DNA of 64,000 bases from Mytilus trossulus (lineage: Eukaryota), in NCBI RefSeq assembly GCF_036588685.1, contig NC_086377.1, positions 29,264,001-29,328,000 of the forward strand. Reading direction: 5' to 3'. Shown piece after piece: positions 39,001 through 49,440 of the stretch (positions are counted from its first letter, which is position 1; the number at the start of each line of letters is the position of its first letter). The notes below the pieces were generated by a model. It did not search any database. It saw only the letters and a list, made by a program, of their open reading frames with translations, and was not told the DNA's origin. The translations under genes were made by a program, and so were the position numbers.

Positions 39001-42000
39001 GTACCAAGTCAAGTATTCTCGTTCGTTGTTTGTCTGTATATGAACATTTGCTAGTTTTTCAATGATTAACTTGTACTAGCATTATGGCTGTACCGAGTCA
39101 TGTTATCTGGTTCGTTGTTTGTCTGTATATGAACATTTGCTAGTTTGTAAATGATTAACTTGTACTAGCATTATGGCTGTACCGAGTCATGTTATCTGGT
39201 TCGTTGTTTGTCTGTATATGAACATTTGCTAGTTTGTAAATGATTAACTTGTACTAGCATTATGGCTGTACCCAGTCATGTAATCTGGTTCGTTGTTAGT
39301 CTGTATGTGAACATTTGTTAGTTTGTAAATGATTAACTTGTACTAGCATTATGGCCGTACCGAGTCGTGTAATCTGGTTCGTTGTTTGTCTGTATATGAA
39401 CATTTGCTTGTTTTTAAATGATTAACTTGTACTAGCATTATGGCCGTACCGAGTCGTGTAATCTGGTTCGTTGTTTGTCTGTATATGAACATTTGCTTGT
39501 TTTTAAATGATTAACTTGTACTAGCATTATGGCTGTACCGAGTCGTGTAATCTGGTTAGTTGTTTGTCTCTATATGAACATTTGCTAGTTGTAAATGATT
39601 AACTTGTACTAGCATTATGGCTGTACCGAGTCGTGTTATCTGGTTCGTTGTTTGTCTGTATATGAACATTTTCTAGTTGTAAATGATTAACTTGTACTAG
39701 CATTATGGCTGTACCAAGTCAAGTAATCTGGTTAGTTGTTTGTTTGTATGTGAACATTGTTAGTTTGTAAATGATTAACTTGTACTAGCATTATGGCCGT
39801 ACCGAGTCGTGTAATCTGGTTCGTTGTTTGTCTGTATATGAACATTTGATAGTTTTTAAATGATTAACTTGTACTAGCATTATGGCTGTACCAAGTCAAG
39901 TATTCTCGTTCGTTGTTTGTCTGTATATGAACATTTGATAGTTTTTAAATGATTAACTTGTACTAGCATTATGGCTGTACCGAGCCATGTAATCTGGTTC
40001 GTTGTTTGTCTGTATATGAACATTTGCTAGTTTGTAAATGATTAACTTGTACTACCATTATGGCTGTACCAAGTCAAGTAATCTGGTTCGTTGTTTGTCT
40101 GTATATGAACATTTGCTAGTTTTTAAATGATTAACTTGTACTAGCATTAGCCTGATGATCAGTATTCCAGTAGTTTGGTTTGTTTAATGTGATCAATTCA
40201 ATGATTTAACTTTATTTAAACTGTTTTAAAGCTTAAGGCCAACAGCAGCAGATTAAGATAAGAATTATTTGAGTAACAAATGTAATGTTATCTTGGTTAT
40301 AGGACCTTACCAAAATCAACTGAGCCAGCGGCAGATTAAAATAAGAATTATTTGAGTAACAAATGTAATTTTATCTATGTTATAGGACCTAACCAAAATC
40401 AACTAAGCAAGCAGCGGATTTACATAATAATTATTTGAGTTACAAATGTAATGTTATCTTGGTTATAGGACCAACCAAAATCAACTGAGCCAGCAGCAGA
40501 TTAAGATAAGAATTATTTGAGTAACAAATGTAATGTTATCTTGGTTATAGGACCGTACCAAAATCAACTGAGGCAGCAGCAGATTAAGATAAGAATTATT
40601 TGAGTAACAAATGTAATGTTATCTTGGTTATAGGACCTTACCAAAATCAACTGAGCCAGCAGCAGATTTTGATAAGAATTATTTGAGTAACAAATGTAAT
40701 GTTATCTTGGTTATAGGACCGTACCAAAATCACCTGAGCCTCACTTCTGCAAAAAGAGATGAGCTCTACTCTAGGACTCCAAATAATTTTAGAGAATAAG
40801 AATTTTATTATTCTAAAATCCAAATAATATGATTGTTACTAAATATACAAAACAAAAACAAAAACAGTCAGGTATATTAAAATTACAAAACGATAGGCAT
40901 TAAACACTACAAACATGTAGCATTGAAAGGAAAACAAAAATATAGATTATTAATATCATTATAATACTATTTTTGACAGCATGCCTCCTCTTTAAAATTA
41001 TCAATTAAAATATTATGCTTATTTATAACATTATAAATTGAGCCATCAATTACACAGTTCATATATTGACATTATTATTGTTTCTCTCATTATACATTTC
41101 ACTTATGTAGTTAACAATGATAAGTAAAATATCACATTCTTCGCAGGAAAATATAAACTCAAATTTGTTTTCTTCACTCATTAAATTAAAACTGGGGGCA
41201 ATACTAGAAATTTCATCAAACATTTTAATCCTAGTTTTATTAATTTCTGAACATGTTATGATAAAATGAAATTCATCTTCCACCTCTTTCATGATGGCAT
41301 GAAGGACATATTCTATTTTTTAAAGCTGTTTTGTTGTATCTACCACGTTCAACAGCCAGCATACTATTACTTATTTTTATTTTAGCATATTTTTTGTAAT
41401 TTTTTTTATCTAAATTTAATAAAAGGTACTTATTGAAAAGCCTAATTACAATTTAGAATATCAGATTAGAGTTTTGTACTCACTGAGTTCTGGTTCCGGA
41501 TCAGCAAATTGTGGTTCTGAAGACTGAAGGGGGAATGATGATTGAACTACAATATAAAACATAAAACGATAATAAAGACAATAGCATCCATCACTTACCA
41601 CATGGTAAGAGTTAGGGAGCTACCATTTGATTTAGGGGGGGGGAGGCTAGGATGACAAATTTAGTCCTGCATATTTTTTTAAATGTAATTTCTCTCCTGC
41701 TTTTTTATTTTTCACTCTTTTCGGTCCTACCTTTTTTTTCTTAGTTTATCCCGACTTTTTTAACAGAAACTGTCATCCTGTCCTTTTTTTTACTCAAAAC
41801 TCCTGTCCTGCCTTTTTTCAAATTTCATCCTAGCCCCCATAAAAATCAAATGGTAGCTGCCTTATTCTGGTTGACATGTTTCGCCAACAAGTGTGGCATC
41901 TTCAGCTAGGACAATATTACATATGAACAATATCGTGTTGATTCTTATTACCGCAATTGTGATGTGTACATAATATTTTTAACTTATTATCGTCGTAATA

Positions 42001-44700
42001 TTTTAAGACTTTTAAAATATTGCTTTTAGTCGTACATATTTTTAATGTAAATATAAAGATATCCGCAATCTCGGTGTGTAAATTAAATTGCTCATCCGAT
42101 AAGTGGAGTGCTCCGATTAAACGGAGGTGAATACCTGTACAGAACAGAACATGGTGAAATCAAACAGTGAAGTACAACTTTGGTGGTTCATCCAGTTTGC
42201 CAGAAGAACTGTTACAATAAAATTTGTTATAAGGCTGTCTTAGATATAAATAGAAAGTGAAATAAGAATCTAGTTAATAAAAGTTAAAAGTAAAAGTTGA
42301 TGAATACAGCTGTTAGTCTATGTGGTTCGCTGCTATTTTTACATGTTTGTGTAGTGATTCTCATGGAAGTTTCTAGTAGTTTTGTTGTAGAAATGATGAA
42401 AATAGTTCATTTCGAAATTGGACAACACCCCACTGGTCAGGTTTAACAAGTCAGTTAGGAGACAACTTGGACCGTCTCTATAAAAGACCACTTGGACCGT
42501 CTTATTTTCACCAAAAAGTATACAGATCATATGAGAAACAACTATAATAAGTTTCATGAAATTTGGATAAGTCGTTCTCAAGTTACGGTGCGACATGTTT
42601 ACACCGGACAGGCAGACGGACGGACGGACGGACGGACGAACGGACGGACGAACGGACGGACGGACGAACGGACGGACAGACGGACGGACGGACGAACGAA
42701 CGGACGGACACCGGACATTTGTATAACATAATACGTCCAGTCAAAGTTTTGACGGGCGTATACAAAGGGAAGGGATATAAAGTCACTACTTAGTTCATGT
42801 ATTATATCGTTATAATTAGGTTTATAATTACCACTGGTTATCTGTCCTTTTTGCATGTTTGTCAAATGTTAAATTCGCTCATGAGTGTACACATTCTGTA
42901 CATGTATTTTTCTTTCTTTCAATAAAACAGTAATAACTTAAAGTATTTTACCTTGTGTGCCAATTACTCCCTTCAATCCAGTTGTATTTGTTCCGTTACC
43001 ATGGTAAGTATAATTTATAACATGCACATGGTGATATGTGACATTTGGGTCAATATAATTCACGCCGCATACTAAAATTTTGAAAAAAATGTCGTTAAGT
43101 TAGATAAAGTATAGGATGTACTCACAACTGAAGTTGTTATATTATACATACTATGCATAATTCAATTTTTTTTTAATCACAAAGAGTAGAAACACAACTT
43201 TTAAGGGGTGGAGTACCAATTAAGGGCGTTAAAGTCCTTCGTGCAATCGTCAAAACTCGGCTGATTCCGTACCTCAGCCGATAGAAGAAGACAAGCGGAG
43301 TCACCCGAGGATTGCCGATTGTCCCTAATCATAATCATTTGGAAAATAAAAAATAAAAGAGATTGCAGTGCGCCATAAACGTAGCGGTAATATGTAATGG
43401 TCGATATTCTGATAAAGCATTTCAATTAATATTTTATAATGCGTCTTTCTATGTTGTGATACTACACTACTGTTTCGGATAAAACACAACATGGATAGGT
43501 ATAGACTTCGCAAACGAACCGCTAAAAAAGTGTTTGACATTTCAAATAAATAGATATGATAATTTCAAAGTTCATGGTCACTCAATCGGTAGTTCGATTT
43601 TGTTTTTCTTTAAATTCGTTTTAATTCTTCCTTTACTTGCAATCCTTTTATATAAAGTATTGAAATAACAATGTTAAATTTCCAGTGGCATATATTTCAT
43701 GTAAAGAAGGAATTGTAAGGGCCTTTAATGTTTAACATGTAGATGGATTGCATGAATCCGTATTCTCTGAATGCCACGTCACAAATTAAATTCTTGCGAT
43801 CTGTAAATATATGTAGAAAATGTATTGTGCAATAGAGTATTTTGTAATTTTCGTAGACAATAGACCACAAACAAGTTGCATAACCAATGTTAGATGTTTT
43901 ATCCCGTTACTTATAACAAAGTAGGTGTGTTATGATTCCCAATGAGACAAATCTTCACAAAAGACCAAATGACACAGATATTAACAAATACTGGTCACCG
44001 TTCGGCCTTCAACAATGACCTAATCCTATACCGCAAAGTCCTCTATCATAGTCCCCGAAATACTTGTACGGTTTGTATATTAAATACATCACTTTATATT
44101 TTTATTTTGTTCAAAATACAAGTATTCTTTACTGATTTGTAGTTTTTCTGAATGACATTTTCGAATAAGATGTATTTTAGTGTATTAAAAACTGTTTTTT
44201 TTTTTACTTCTGTATGTTTCTGTCCTGGTTTGCTGGTAAGTCTGTTTGTTATTTTCTACGATGCTAACTAAATAGCATTGATTTATAATTGAATAATTTA
44301 AAAAAAAAATTAGTTAAATCGAGTCAATTTTCATGTGTAAATGCCACGTTAGCAATTATAGATATTTTTCGAATTTTAAATTAAACAAAAGTATTTTTTC
44401 CATACCTTTCCAGTCATGTATTTACAAATTGTGAAATTAAGCTTCATAACTGCACATAAAACCGCTAAAACAAACCTTTTCACATTTCTTTTTTTATATT
44501 ATCTCGGAATTTTAAATTCACGAAATTCCAATTTGCGTTTCATCACCAGTTAAAAAGCCCAAACTTTTGTTAGCCGAACAATATATATAAGGAATTATAC
44601 GAAGAACTTTTAGATATGAATAGCAATTACCGTTAGTCCAAAGTCCATGTACGCCATTTATACATGAAAGCAGCAAAAACGCCGCTGACTTCCACTCCAT
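2030..44700 (-). CDS. Giant secreted proline-poor collagen-like protein, 19 predicted coding exons in window, 3' end outside window (at least 5265 aa)
   Basis: Every exon is bounded by AG and GT in phase 1 and all join in frame. Signal-peptide exon at 44631-44700. The 16 Gly-X-Y exons all have lengths that are multiples of 9 nt. The last exon ends at a GT donor with no in-exon stop. Confidence 0.9.
3297..4358 (-). CDS. Collagen exon 18 (1062 nt)
   Basis: Acceptor TGTAG|GA ACG; donor AAA G|GTGAGA. Confidence 0.92.
4612..4982 (+). repeat. Interspersed repeat with an internal palindrome (MITE-like)
   Basis: aaaagcgttgaccg...cggtcaacgctttt inverted arms; reverse-complement copy at about 15110-15468. 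Confidence 0.65.
5250..5340. repeat. Interspersed repeat fragment
   Basis: attcgagcgtcactgat(c/g)agtcttttgtagacga motif recurs at about 63367-63456. Confidence 0.6.
5413..6474 (-). CDS. Collagen exon 17 (1062 nt)
   Basis: Acceptor TTTCAG|GA ACA; donor AAA G|GTAAGA. Confidence 0.92.
6705..6900. repeat. Abundant interspersed repeat (aagatgtggtatgattgccaatgagac family)
   Basis: Copies or fragments at about 23667, 30846, 31765-32080, 32215, 38567-38860, 43920, 49593, 59080 and 63460, in both orientations. Confidence 0.8.
7240..7520. repeat. Degenerate about 33-35-bp tandem repeat
   Basis: Recurring tgttgtgtt(a/g)ac...tacggg(a/g)ta.aaa units. Confidence 0.5.
7884..8945 (-). CDS. Collagen exon 16 (1062 nt)
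   Basis: Acceptor GCTAG|GA ACA; donor AAA G|GTACGG. Confidence 0.9.
9921..10640 (-). CDS. Collagen exon 15 (720 nt, 80 triplets)
   Basis: Acceptor ACACAG|GA ACG; donor ACA G|GTACAT. Confidence 0.9.
11145..11486 (-). CDS. Collagen exon 14 (342 nt, 38 triplets)
   Basis: Acceptor TTGCAG|GG GTC; donor AAA G|GTAAGT. Confidence 0.9.
12075..13856 (-). CDS. Collagen exon 13 (1782 nt, 198 triplets)
   Basis: Acceptor ACACAG|GT ACG; donor AAA G|GTGAGA. Confidence 0.92.
14117..14276. repeat. 40-bp tandem repeat, 4 copies
   Basis: tctcttgacttaagaggtagtgttgtttgccattaaacat repeated head to tail with no spacers. Confidence 0.95.
15110..15468 (-). repeat. Inverted copy of the 4612-4982 repeat
   Basis: Reverse-complement similarity over about 360 bp. 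Confidence 0.7.
17318..17659 (-). CDS. Collagen exon 12 (342 nt)
   Basis: Acceptor CAACAG|GA GCG CCA; donor AAA G|GTATTT. Confidence 0.9.
18180..19282 (+). mobile_element. HINE/pearl-like element (second family) with internal tandem units
   Basis: 5' T-run and hairpin (tcgactttagtcga); (GTC/GGC)n microsatellite at 18236-18266; repeated attcactctgtgg...cagaagcttgtttatgatcataag units; 3' hairpin gggttccgcggaaccc followed by a T-run. Confidence 0.7.
18482..18745 (+). mobile_element. Tourist/PIF-like MITE nested in the HINE
   Basis: Starts tta|gggagctaccatttgattt, same family as 41615-41861. Confidence 0.65.
20206..21339 (-). CDS. Collagen exon 11 (1134 nt, 126 triplets)
   Basis: Acceptor TCATAG|GT GGT GAC; donor AAA G|GTACTT. 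Confidence 0.9.
21490..21550. repeat. Short interspersed repeat fragment (possible SINE tail)
   Basis: tggttgcttaacgtccagtggcaaatatttcatgcatg recurs at about 46830, and inverted at about 9065 and 58720. Confidence 0.55.
21764..22104 (+). mobile_element. Second copy of the tRNA-derived SINE
   Basis: High similarity to 521-863, including the B box ggttcgatccc. Confidence 0.8.
22535..23164 (-). CDS. Collagen exon 10 (630 nt, 70 triplets)
   Basis: Acceptor AATAG|GA ACA; donor AAA G|GTAATG. Confidence 0.9.
24171..25574 (-). CDS. Collagen exon 9 (1404 nt, 156 triplets)
   Basis: Acceptor TTAAAG|GA ACA (weaker AAG); donor CCA G|GTGAGA. Confidence 0.88.
26555..26683. repeat. Interspersed repeat fragment
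   Basis: ggtcgggttgttgtc(g/t)ctttgacacatt motif also at about 27130-27265 and 30568-30655. Confidence 0.7.
26690..27880 (-). mobile_element. Old degraded HINE related to 1-1392
   Basis: Terminal aagctaaattggccctttaggccagatgagctaa at about 27844-27877; eroded aagggcaataact and tgttctatttttagcc motifs. Confidence 0.5.
27958..28182. mobile_element. PIF/Harbinger-type MITE
   Basis: TIRs gggacgacatcaaaag / cttttgatgtcgtccc, flanked on both sides by TAA. Confidence 0.8.
28334..30061 (-). CDS. Collagen exon 8 (1728 nt, 192 triplets)
   Basis: Acceptor TTTTAG|GA AAC; donor CCT G|GTAAGT. Confidence 0.92.
31059..31454 (-). CDS. Collagen exon 7 (396 nt, 44 triplets)
   Basis: Acceptor TAATAG|GG GTC; donor ACA G|GTATGT. 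Confidence 0.9.
31765..32080. repeat. Near full-length copy of the abundant interspersed repeat
   Basis: Reverse complement of 38567-38860. Confidence 0.8.
33225..34322 (-). CDS. Collagen exon 6 (1098 nt, 122 triplets)
   Basis: Acceptor TCATAG|GG GCT; donor AAA G|GTTTGT. Confidence 0.9.
34407..34837. mobile_element. MITE with imperfect TIRs
   Basis: ggtccgagtacacagttat / ataactgcatactcgggcc; partial inverted copy at about 59460-59765. Confidence 0.65.
35337..36362 (-). CDS. Collagen exon 5 (1026 nt, 114 triplets)
   Basis: Acceptor TTTCAG|GA ACT; donor ATA G|GTAAAC. Confidence 0.9.
37346..38038 (-). CDS. Collagen exon 4 (693 nt), start of the Gly-X-Y domain
   Basis: Polypyrimidine acceptor TTTTCTTTTTAG|CA ATA AAA GGA GAC AAG; donor AAA G|GTATGT. 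Confidence 0.88.
38567..38860. repeat. Abundant interspersed repeat inserted into the first satellite unit
   Basis: Satellite sequence flanks both sides (38533-38562 and from 38863). Confidence 0.75.
38863..40149. repeat. 89-bp tandem satellite, about 14.5 copies
   Basis: Unit gaacatttgctagtttgtaaatgattaacttgtactagcattatggctgtaccgagtcatgt...gtctgtatat; period measured from 39131 to 39220. Confidence 0.95.
40243..40740. repeat. 83-bp tandem repeat, about 6 copies
   Basis: Unit cagcagcagattaagataagaattatttgagtaacaaatg...aaatcaactgagc; period measured from 40271 to 40354. Confidence 0.95.
40790..41440 (-). mobile_element. 5'-truncated LINE ORF2 C-terminus (L2/Crack/Daphne-like)
   Basis: Minus-strand KISNSMLAVERGRYNKTALKNRICPSC, then a frameshift into KEVEDEFHFIITC. 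This matches the CxxC..EDExHFxxxC zinc-knuckle tail of non-LTR reverse transcriptases. Confidence 0.75.
41484..41546 (-). CDS. Predicted exon 3 (63 nt): VQSSFPLQSSEPQFADPEPEL linker
   Basis: Acceptor TTGTAG|; consensus donor A|GTGAGT; phase 1-1 and open. Confidence 0.6.
41615..41861. mobile_element. PIF/Harbinger (Tourist-like) MITE
   Basis: TIRs gggagctaccatttgattt / aaatcaaatggtagctgcc with TTA on both flanks. Degenerate relatives at about 9119, 18482 and 56928. Confidence 0.75.
42515..42766 (+). mobile_element. HINE-like terminal fragment with an (ACGG)n microsatellite
   Basis: ACGG/ACGA array at 42606-42710, followed by the hairpin atacgtccagtcaaagttttgacgggcgtat. Confidence 0.6.
42952..43071 (-). 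CDS. Predicted exon 2 (120 nt): VCGVNYIDPNVTYHHVHVINYTYHGNGTNTTGLKGVIGTQ
   Basis: Acceptor TTTTAG|; donor CAA G|GTAAAA; phase 1-1; ends in collagen-like GLKGVIGTQ. Confidence 0.75.
44631..44700 (-). CDS. First coding exon: signal peptide MEWKSAAFLLLSCINGVHG-LWTN
   Basis: ACC ATG G Kozak context; hydrophobic core and V-H-G cleavage motif; phase-1 donor AAC G|GTAATT matches exon 2. Confidence 0.75.
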
Positions 44701-45180
44701 GGTTAGTCCTATAGCCTAATGACTAGCTAGTTACAGTAGAATGCATAGAAAACCACGCATTTTACAGTAACAGCTGAAATCATTTGCATAAAATCAATCT
44801 ATTTTCTTATGAAACAAACGATATCATTAATGTTTCTTGTCATACTGACTCGACTATATAAAATAATACATCGTCATCATTTAATTGAAAACATAGAAAA
44901 TATTTTATTTAGTTTTCTTTAATTTTTATTGACGATTAGAAAAAGAAAGGACACGCGACGAGTGTCCATTAGATAGAGAAAAATAATTACCATAAAAAAG
45001 CTTTGAACCAAACGAGATCATTAATTAGTTAATTAAAAGTATTTTGTTGTCTTGATTCGAGTTTATATGGAATAATACAAATTTATTTAATGATCACTAA
45101 AAAGTTGTTCTTGTGATACGTTAATTTTGCGCTATTATAGTTTGAAATATTATAGGATGTGCGTCGACCTGACAATATTA

Positions 45181-46372
45181 AGCTCACCTGGGCCGAAGGG
45201 CCAAGTGAGCTATTCCCATCACATTGCGTCCGTCGTCCGTCGTCTGTGGTCGTTAACTTTTACAAAAATCTTCTGCTCTGAAACTACTGGGCCAAATTAA
45301 ACCAAACTTGGCCACACTCATCATTGGGATATCTAGTTTAAAAAAATGTGTCCGGTGACTCGGACAACCAACTAAGATGGTTCCCATGGCTAAAAATAGA
45401 ACATAGGGGTAAAATGCAGTTTTTGGCTTATAACTCAAAAACCAAAGCATTTAGAGCAAATCTGACAGTGGACAATTGTTTATCTATCTGCCCCCGAATT
45501 TTCAGATGAAATGGACAACCCGTTGGTGGGTTGCTGCCCCTGAATTGGTAATTTTAATGAAATTTTACTGTTTTTTTTGTTATTATCTTGAATATTATTA
45601 TAGATAGAGATAAACTGTAAACAGTAATAATGTTTAGCAAAGTAAGATTTACAAATAAGTCAACATGACCGCAATGATCAATTGACCCTTTTAGGAGTTA
45701 TTGCCCTTTATAGTCAATTGTTAACCATTTTTCGTAAATCTTAGTAATCTTTTACAAAAATCTTCTCCTCTGAAACTACTGGGCCAAATTATTCCAAACT
45801 TGTCCACAATCATCTTTGGGGTATTTAGTTTGAAATATGTGTCCGGTGACACAGCCGTTCAACCAAGATGGCCACCACGGCTAAAAATAGAACATAGGGG
45901 TAAAATGCAATTTTTGGCTTATAACTCAAAAATCAAAGCATTTAGAGCAAATCTGACAGTGGTAAAATTGATTATCAGGTCAAGATCCTTCTGCCCTGAA
46001 ATTTTCAGATGAATCGGACAACCTGTTGTTGGGAACATTGCTGCCCCTGAATTGGTAATTTTAAGGAAATGTTGCTGTTTTTGGTTATTCTCTTGAATAT
46101 TATTAGGCTTACTATAGTATTATCCTTTATAGTCAATTTTTAACAATTTTCATAAAATTTGTAAATTTTTACCAACATTTTCCACTGAAACTACTGGGCC
46201 AAGTTCATTATAAATAGAGATAATTGTAAGCAGCAAGAATACTCAGTAAAGTAAGATGAACAATCACATCACCATCGCCAAAACACAATTTTGTCATGAA
46301 TCCATCTGCTTCCTTTGTTTAATATTCACATAGACCAAGGTGAGCGACACAGGCTCTTTAGAGCCTCTAGTT
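45181..46372 (+). mobile_element. Near-complete HINE/pearl-like element
   Basis: 5' hairpin agctcacctgggccgaagggccaagtgagct; CGTC microsatellite; about 490-bp internal duplication; 3' ggtgagcg...aggctctttagagcct hairpin followed by a T-run. Confidence 0.75.
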
Positions 46373-48964
46373 TTTAATTCAACGTCTTTAGTTTGAAATG
46401 TCAGAAAGTATGCATCCGTTAATTTTATTATAAAACAGAAAGTTGTTTAGTGTTATTACAAGTAAAGAAAAAGGTATGTCCTGAGAAAAAAGCATCCCCC
46501 TTTTTATGATTAGCCATTAGCTAAGTGGGGCTAAAATCAAGAGACCGAGGACTACTGAGGCCTAACTGTCTCCAACATCATACGACGAAAAGCAAACATT
46601 TAACATGTAGGAATGACGACGACGGACAAAACATGATTGCACTGGATAATTTAAATACTTCCACACGATACCCTTTAAATTAATTTACATACTTGACCTC
46701 GTCTAAGGAATATATTTTTGGACCAAAACGAGTTCAGTACATGTATTTGTACTGTACAGACAGACAAACAATAAACATCAAATGATGGATACAGCTGTAT
46801 ATTGTTTAGAGCAAAATTTGATCGTTTGATTGTTGGTTGCTTAACGTCTAGTGGCAAACATGGCATGCATATTCAGGACGAGAAGTTAGAAATAGATAAT
46901 GAAGTATAAAGCATTACAAATGTTAAGATTTTCTCATCAGGATATATACCAAACTTTTTAATATTGAACGAATCATACATTTTGTTCGGGTACGTCTAAA
47001 CACCGATAAGGACTTCCCGAGTGCACGCAGTACATACACAGTTCACTCAGGACCCCTTATAGTCATCGTAGTTTGCACACCGGATGGATATATGTATTCG
47101 TTACACGCTTGTTATCTAAGAGTAAAATTTAGGTAGAATTTGAAATAGGACTTAATTAGATATGTTAATTCTTATAAAATAATGAGGGCACGTGTCACTG
47201 ATTTTCACTAATTTCTTAGTAATACTAGTACTTCCATCCATTTAATAAGGTTTACATGAATTTTATTATTTTTCAGAACAACATTTCAAAAATGTATAAA
47301 ACACATATGCGGTCGACTTTTCAAGGTCTCTTATACTTATAAATTGCCGGACAAGTATGTGAATGAATACAGGACAGACAGTGGCAGGATAAAAAGTTTT
47401 AGTTTAGATTATCTTTCTTTAATATTTTTTGAAAGCATTTCTCGGTTCACTTTTATTATCATACAATTGACACCATAAAAAAACACGTAGGCCTATAGTT
47501 AATATTTTAATAATAATCAACTTAAAGTTAAAAAACCAAGCTGTTATTGTGTTTTGCTTTAAGGTGACTATAGTTATACCAAGGACAATTCAATCTTGAA
47601 TCATGGAGGACAAATCCTTGAGTGTACGAATAAATGTAGTTTTAATATTCATCCACCAATTGTTTGTTGATTAGAACAAATACAAGAATCGAATCGAATC
47701 TGAGACTACTATAACACAGTTATATTAGTCGCAGATCGAATGTACAATTCATGAAATTATTTTTCTTAGAAAAAGATGTCTCAATATTGTTTTCCTCCTT
47801 GAAAATTGCAACGATATATATATATGTGACATTTTTGTCTAAATGATTTTAATTATAATGTCTGTACTTTTTGATCTGTCACACTTGTGTATTATGTGTT
47901 ATATGTATCAACAGATAAGACTCACTCTTCTCGTTCTGCTGTCAGGTGTGATTCAACGAAAAAGGTGGTCGAAAAACTGTTTATTATACAAGTAACATCC
48001 GGTTAATAGGAAATACGCTTATGTAACTCTAAATGCTACAATGAATATACAATATTTATATAATACGTAAAATCATTGTTTTACATATTTTTAAATATAT
48101 ACGGTATAAAAAAAAACCAGCAATTAAAATAACATTAAGCATTAAATTTAATAAAAATTTACAATTTCATCCCTCATTTCTATCGTTAAAAACTTGAAAA
48201 AAAGTAAAATGGATTGAATCTAAATATAAATGACAAAATACAATTTGAACTCTCTGTTCCATGATTCAAATGAATGGAAGGAATCAAAGTGAATCAAACT
48301 CCGCAGATGCGAAAATGCATACTGTCAACATCTTTAATCTAAGAAAAAAAATCTTTCTTGGGAAAAAAAATCATTCCTTTAAAATTTATCGTAAAAAGCC
48401 GTCTGTACAACATGCATTCCAACCTTTTTATGTTGTCTTACGTCTTTGAGTGTGTAACGTTAGGTGACACCAGTATCGTGCGACGTTTCTTGATATATTG
48501 CAATCTAATTGAAATATTGATCTCTGATTACGTTATACTAAATATAATTAGATTGCATATATTGAAAATAAAAAAAAATTGCAAGTATTAAAAAAAGTTT
48601 ACGGGCATGTCTGTTTGCGTATGCTGCAGTTTGTATATGAATGCTCTTTTAATATAAATACTTGTGGTTATTTTTTAAAAAACAAAATTTTCGTTTCAGA
48701 TTACATTCTCTTATTATCTACATTGTGATTTCGTATATAAGATTCCACTTTTTTTTATGATATAAGATTAAAATTCTAAAATCCGACTTTTAACTGCGTT
48801 TATTTGAAGAAGTACTACCTTTTTTTTTAACCAAGCTAGATCTGTCGACAGAATAAACAATTCCTGTATATATACTCTTTTCTGATAAACCGATGTAGAT
48901 GTAAAGGTACACGATGGACATAGACATTATATCGGGTATTAAAAAGGTACATATGTTGAGGAAG

Positions 48965-49440
48965 GGGTAAACGGACAAAAAGTCACAGGACATAAAGTCA
49001 CAAATTTGGTAGGACAAAAAGTCACATATAATTTGTTGACAATTGATTGAATATATTAGAGAAATATCTTGAAATATTTACTTTTAATACATGTTATTCA
49101 TGAAAGTTTAGGAAATGTGTCATTATACTTGAAAAATCAAGATATATGTAATTTTAATTATGCAAAAGATATAAATTATTTCTTGGCACCATGAAGCCAA
49201 ACTACTTTGACATTTTGTTTTTTTTTTAACAATTATTTGATTATCTTTGATATTTTTTTGAAAAATTTTATTTTCAAAGATGGTTTATATACAATAGTTC
49301 AAGAAAAATACAAAAATATTTTTTTCAGAAATAAGCGTTTTTTTCTTCAAAGAAAATAACCAGAAAAAATGAATTGTGACTTTTTGTCCTAAGACTTTTT
49401 GTTTGTGTCTTTTTTCCCTGTGACTTTCTGTCCTACATTC
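48965..49440. mobile_element. MITE-like element with aaaaagtcac subterminal repeats
   Basis: ggacaaaaagtcac repeats at left and gtgactttttgtcc at right; a related left end at 50932-51040. Confidence 0.6.

Noticed and set aside
38863-40740. CRISPR-like or coding repeat arrays
   Set aside because: Head-to-tail satellites; unit lengths are not multiples of 3 and there are no spacers.
42492-42865. DGRT/SVRP repeat ORFs
   Set aside because: Translations of the (ACGG)n microsatellite.
2030-44700. Assignment to preCol-D/P/NG or a COL gene symbol
   Set aside because: No silk- or elastin-like flanks, few GPP-type triplets, and no C-terminal domain visible, so no symbol can be justified.
44850-44865. 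TATA box for the collagen gene
   Set aside because: The motif is weak in an AT-rich background, and an AG just upstream of the ATG suggests a possible further 5' UTR exon.
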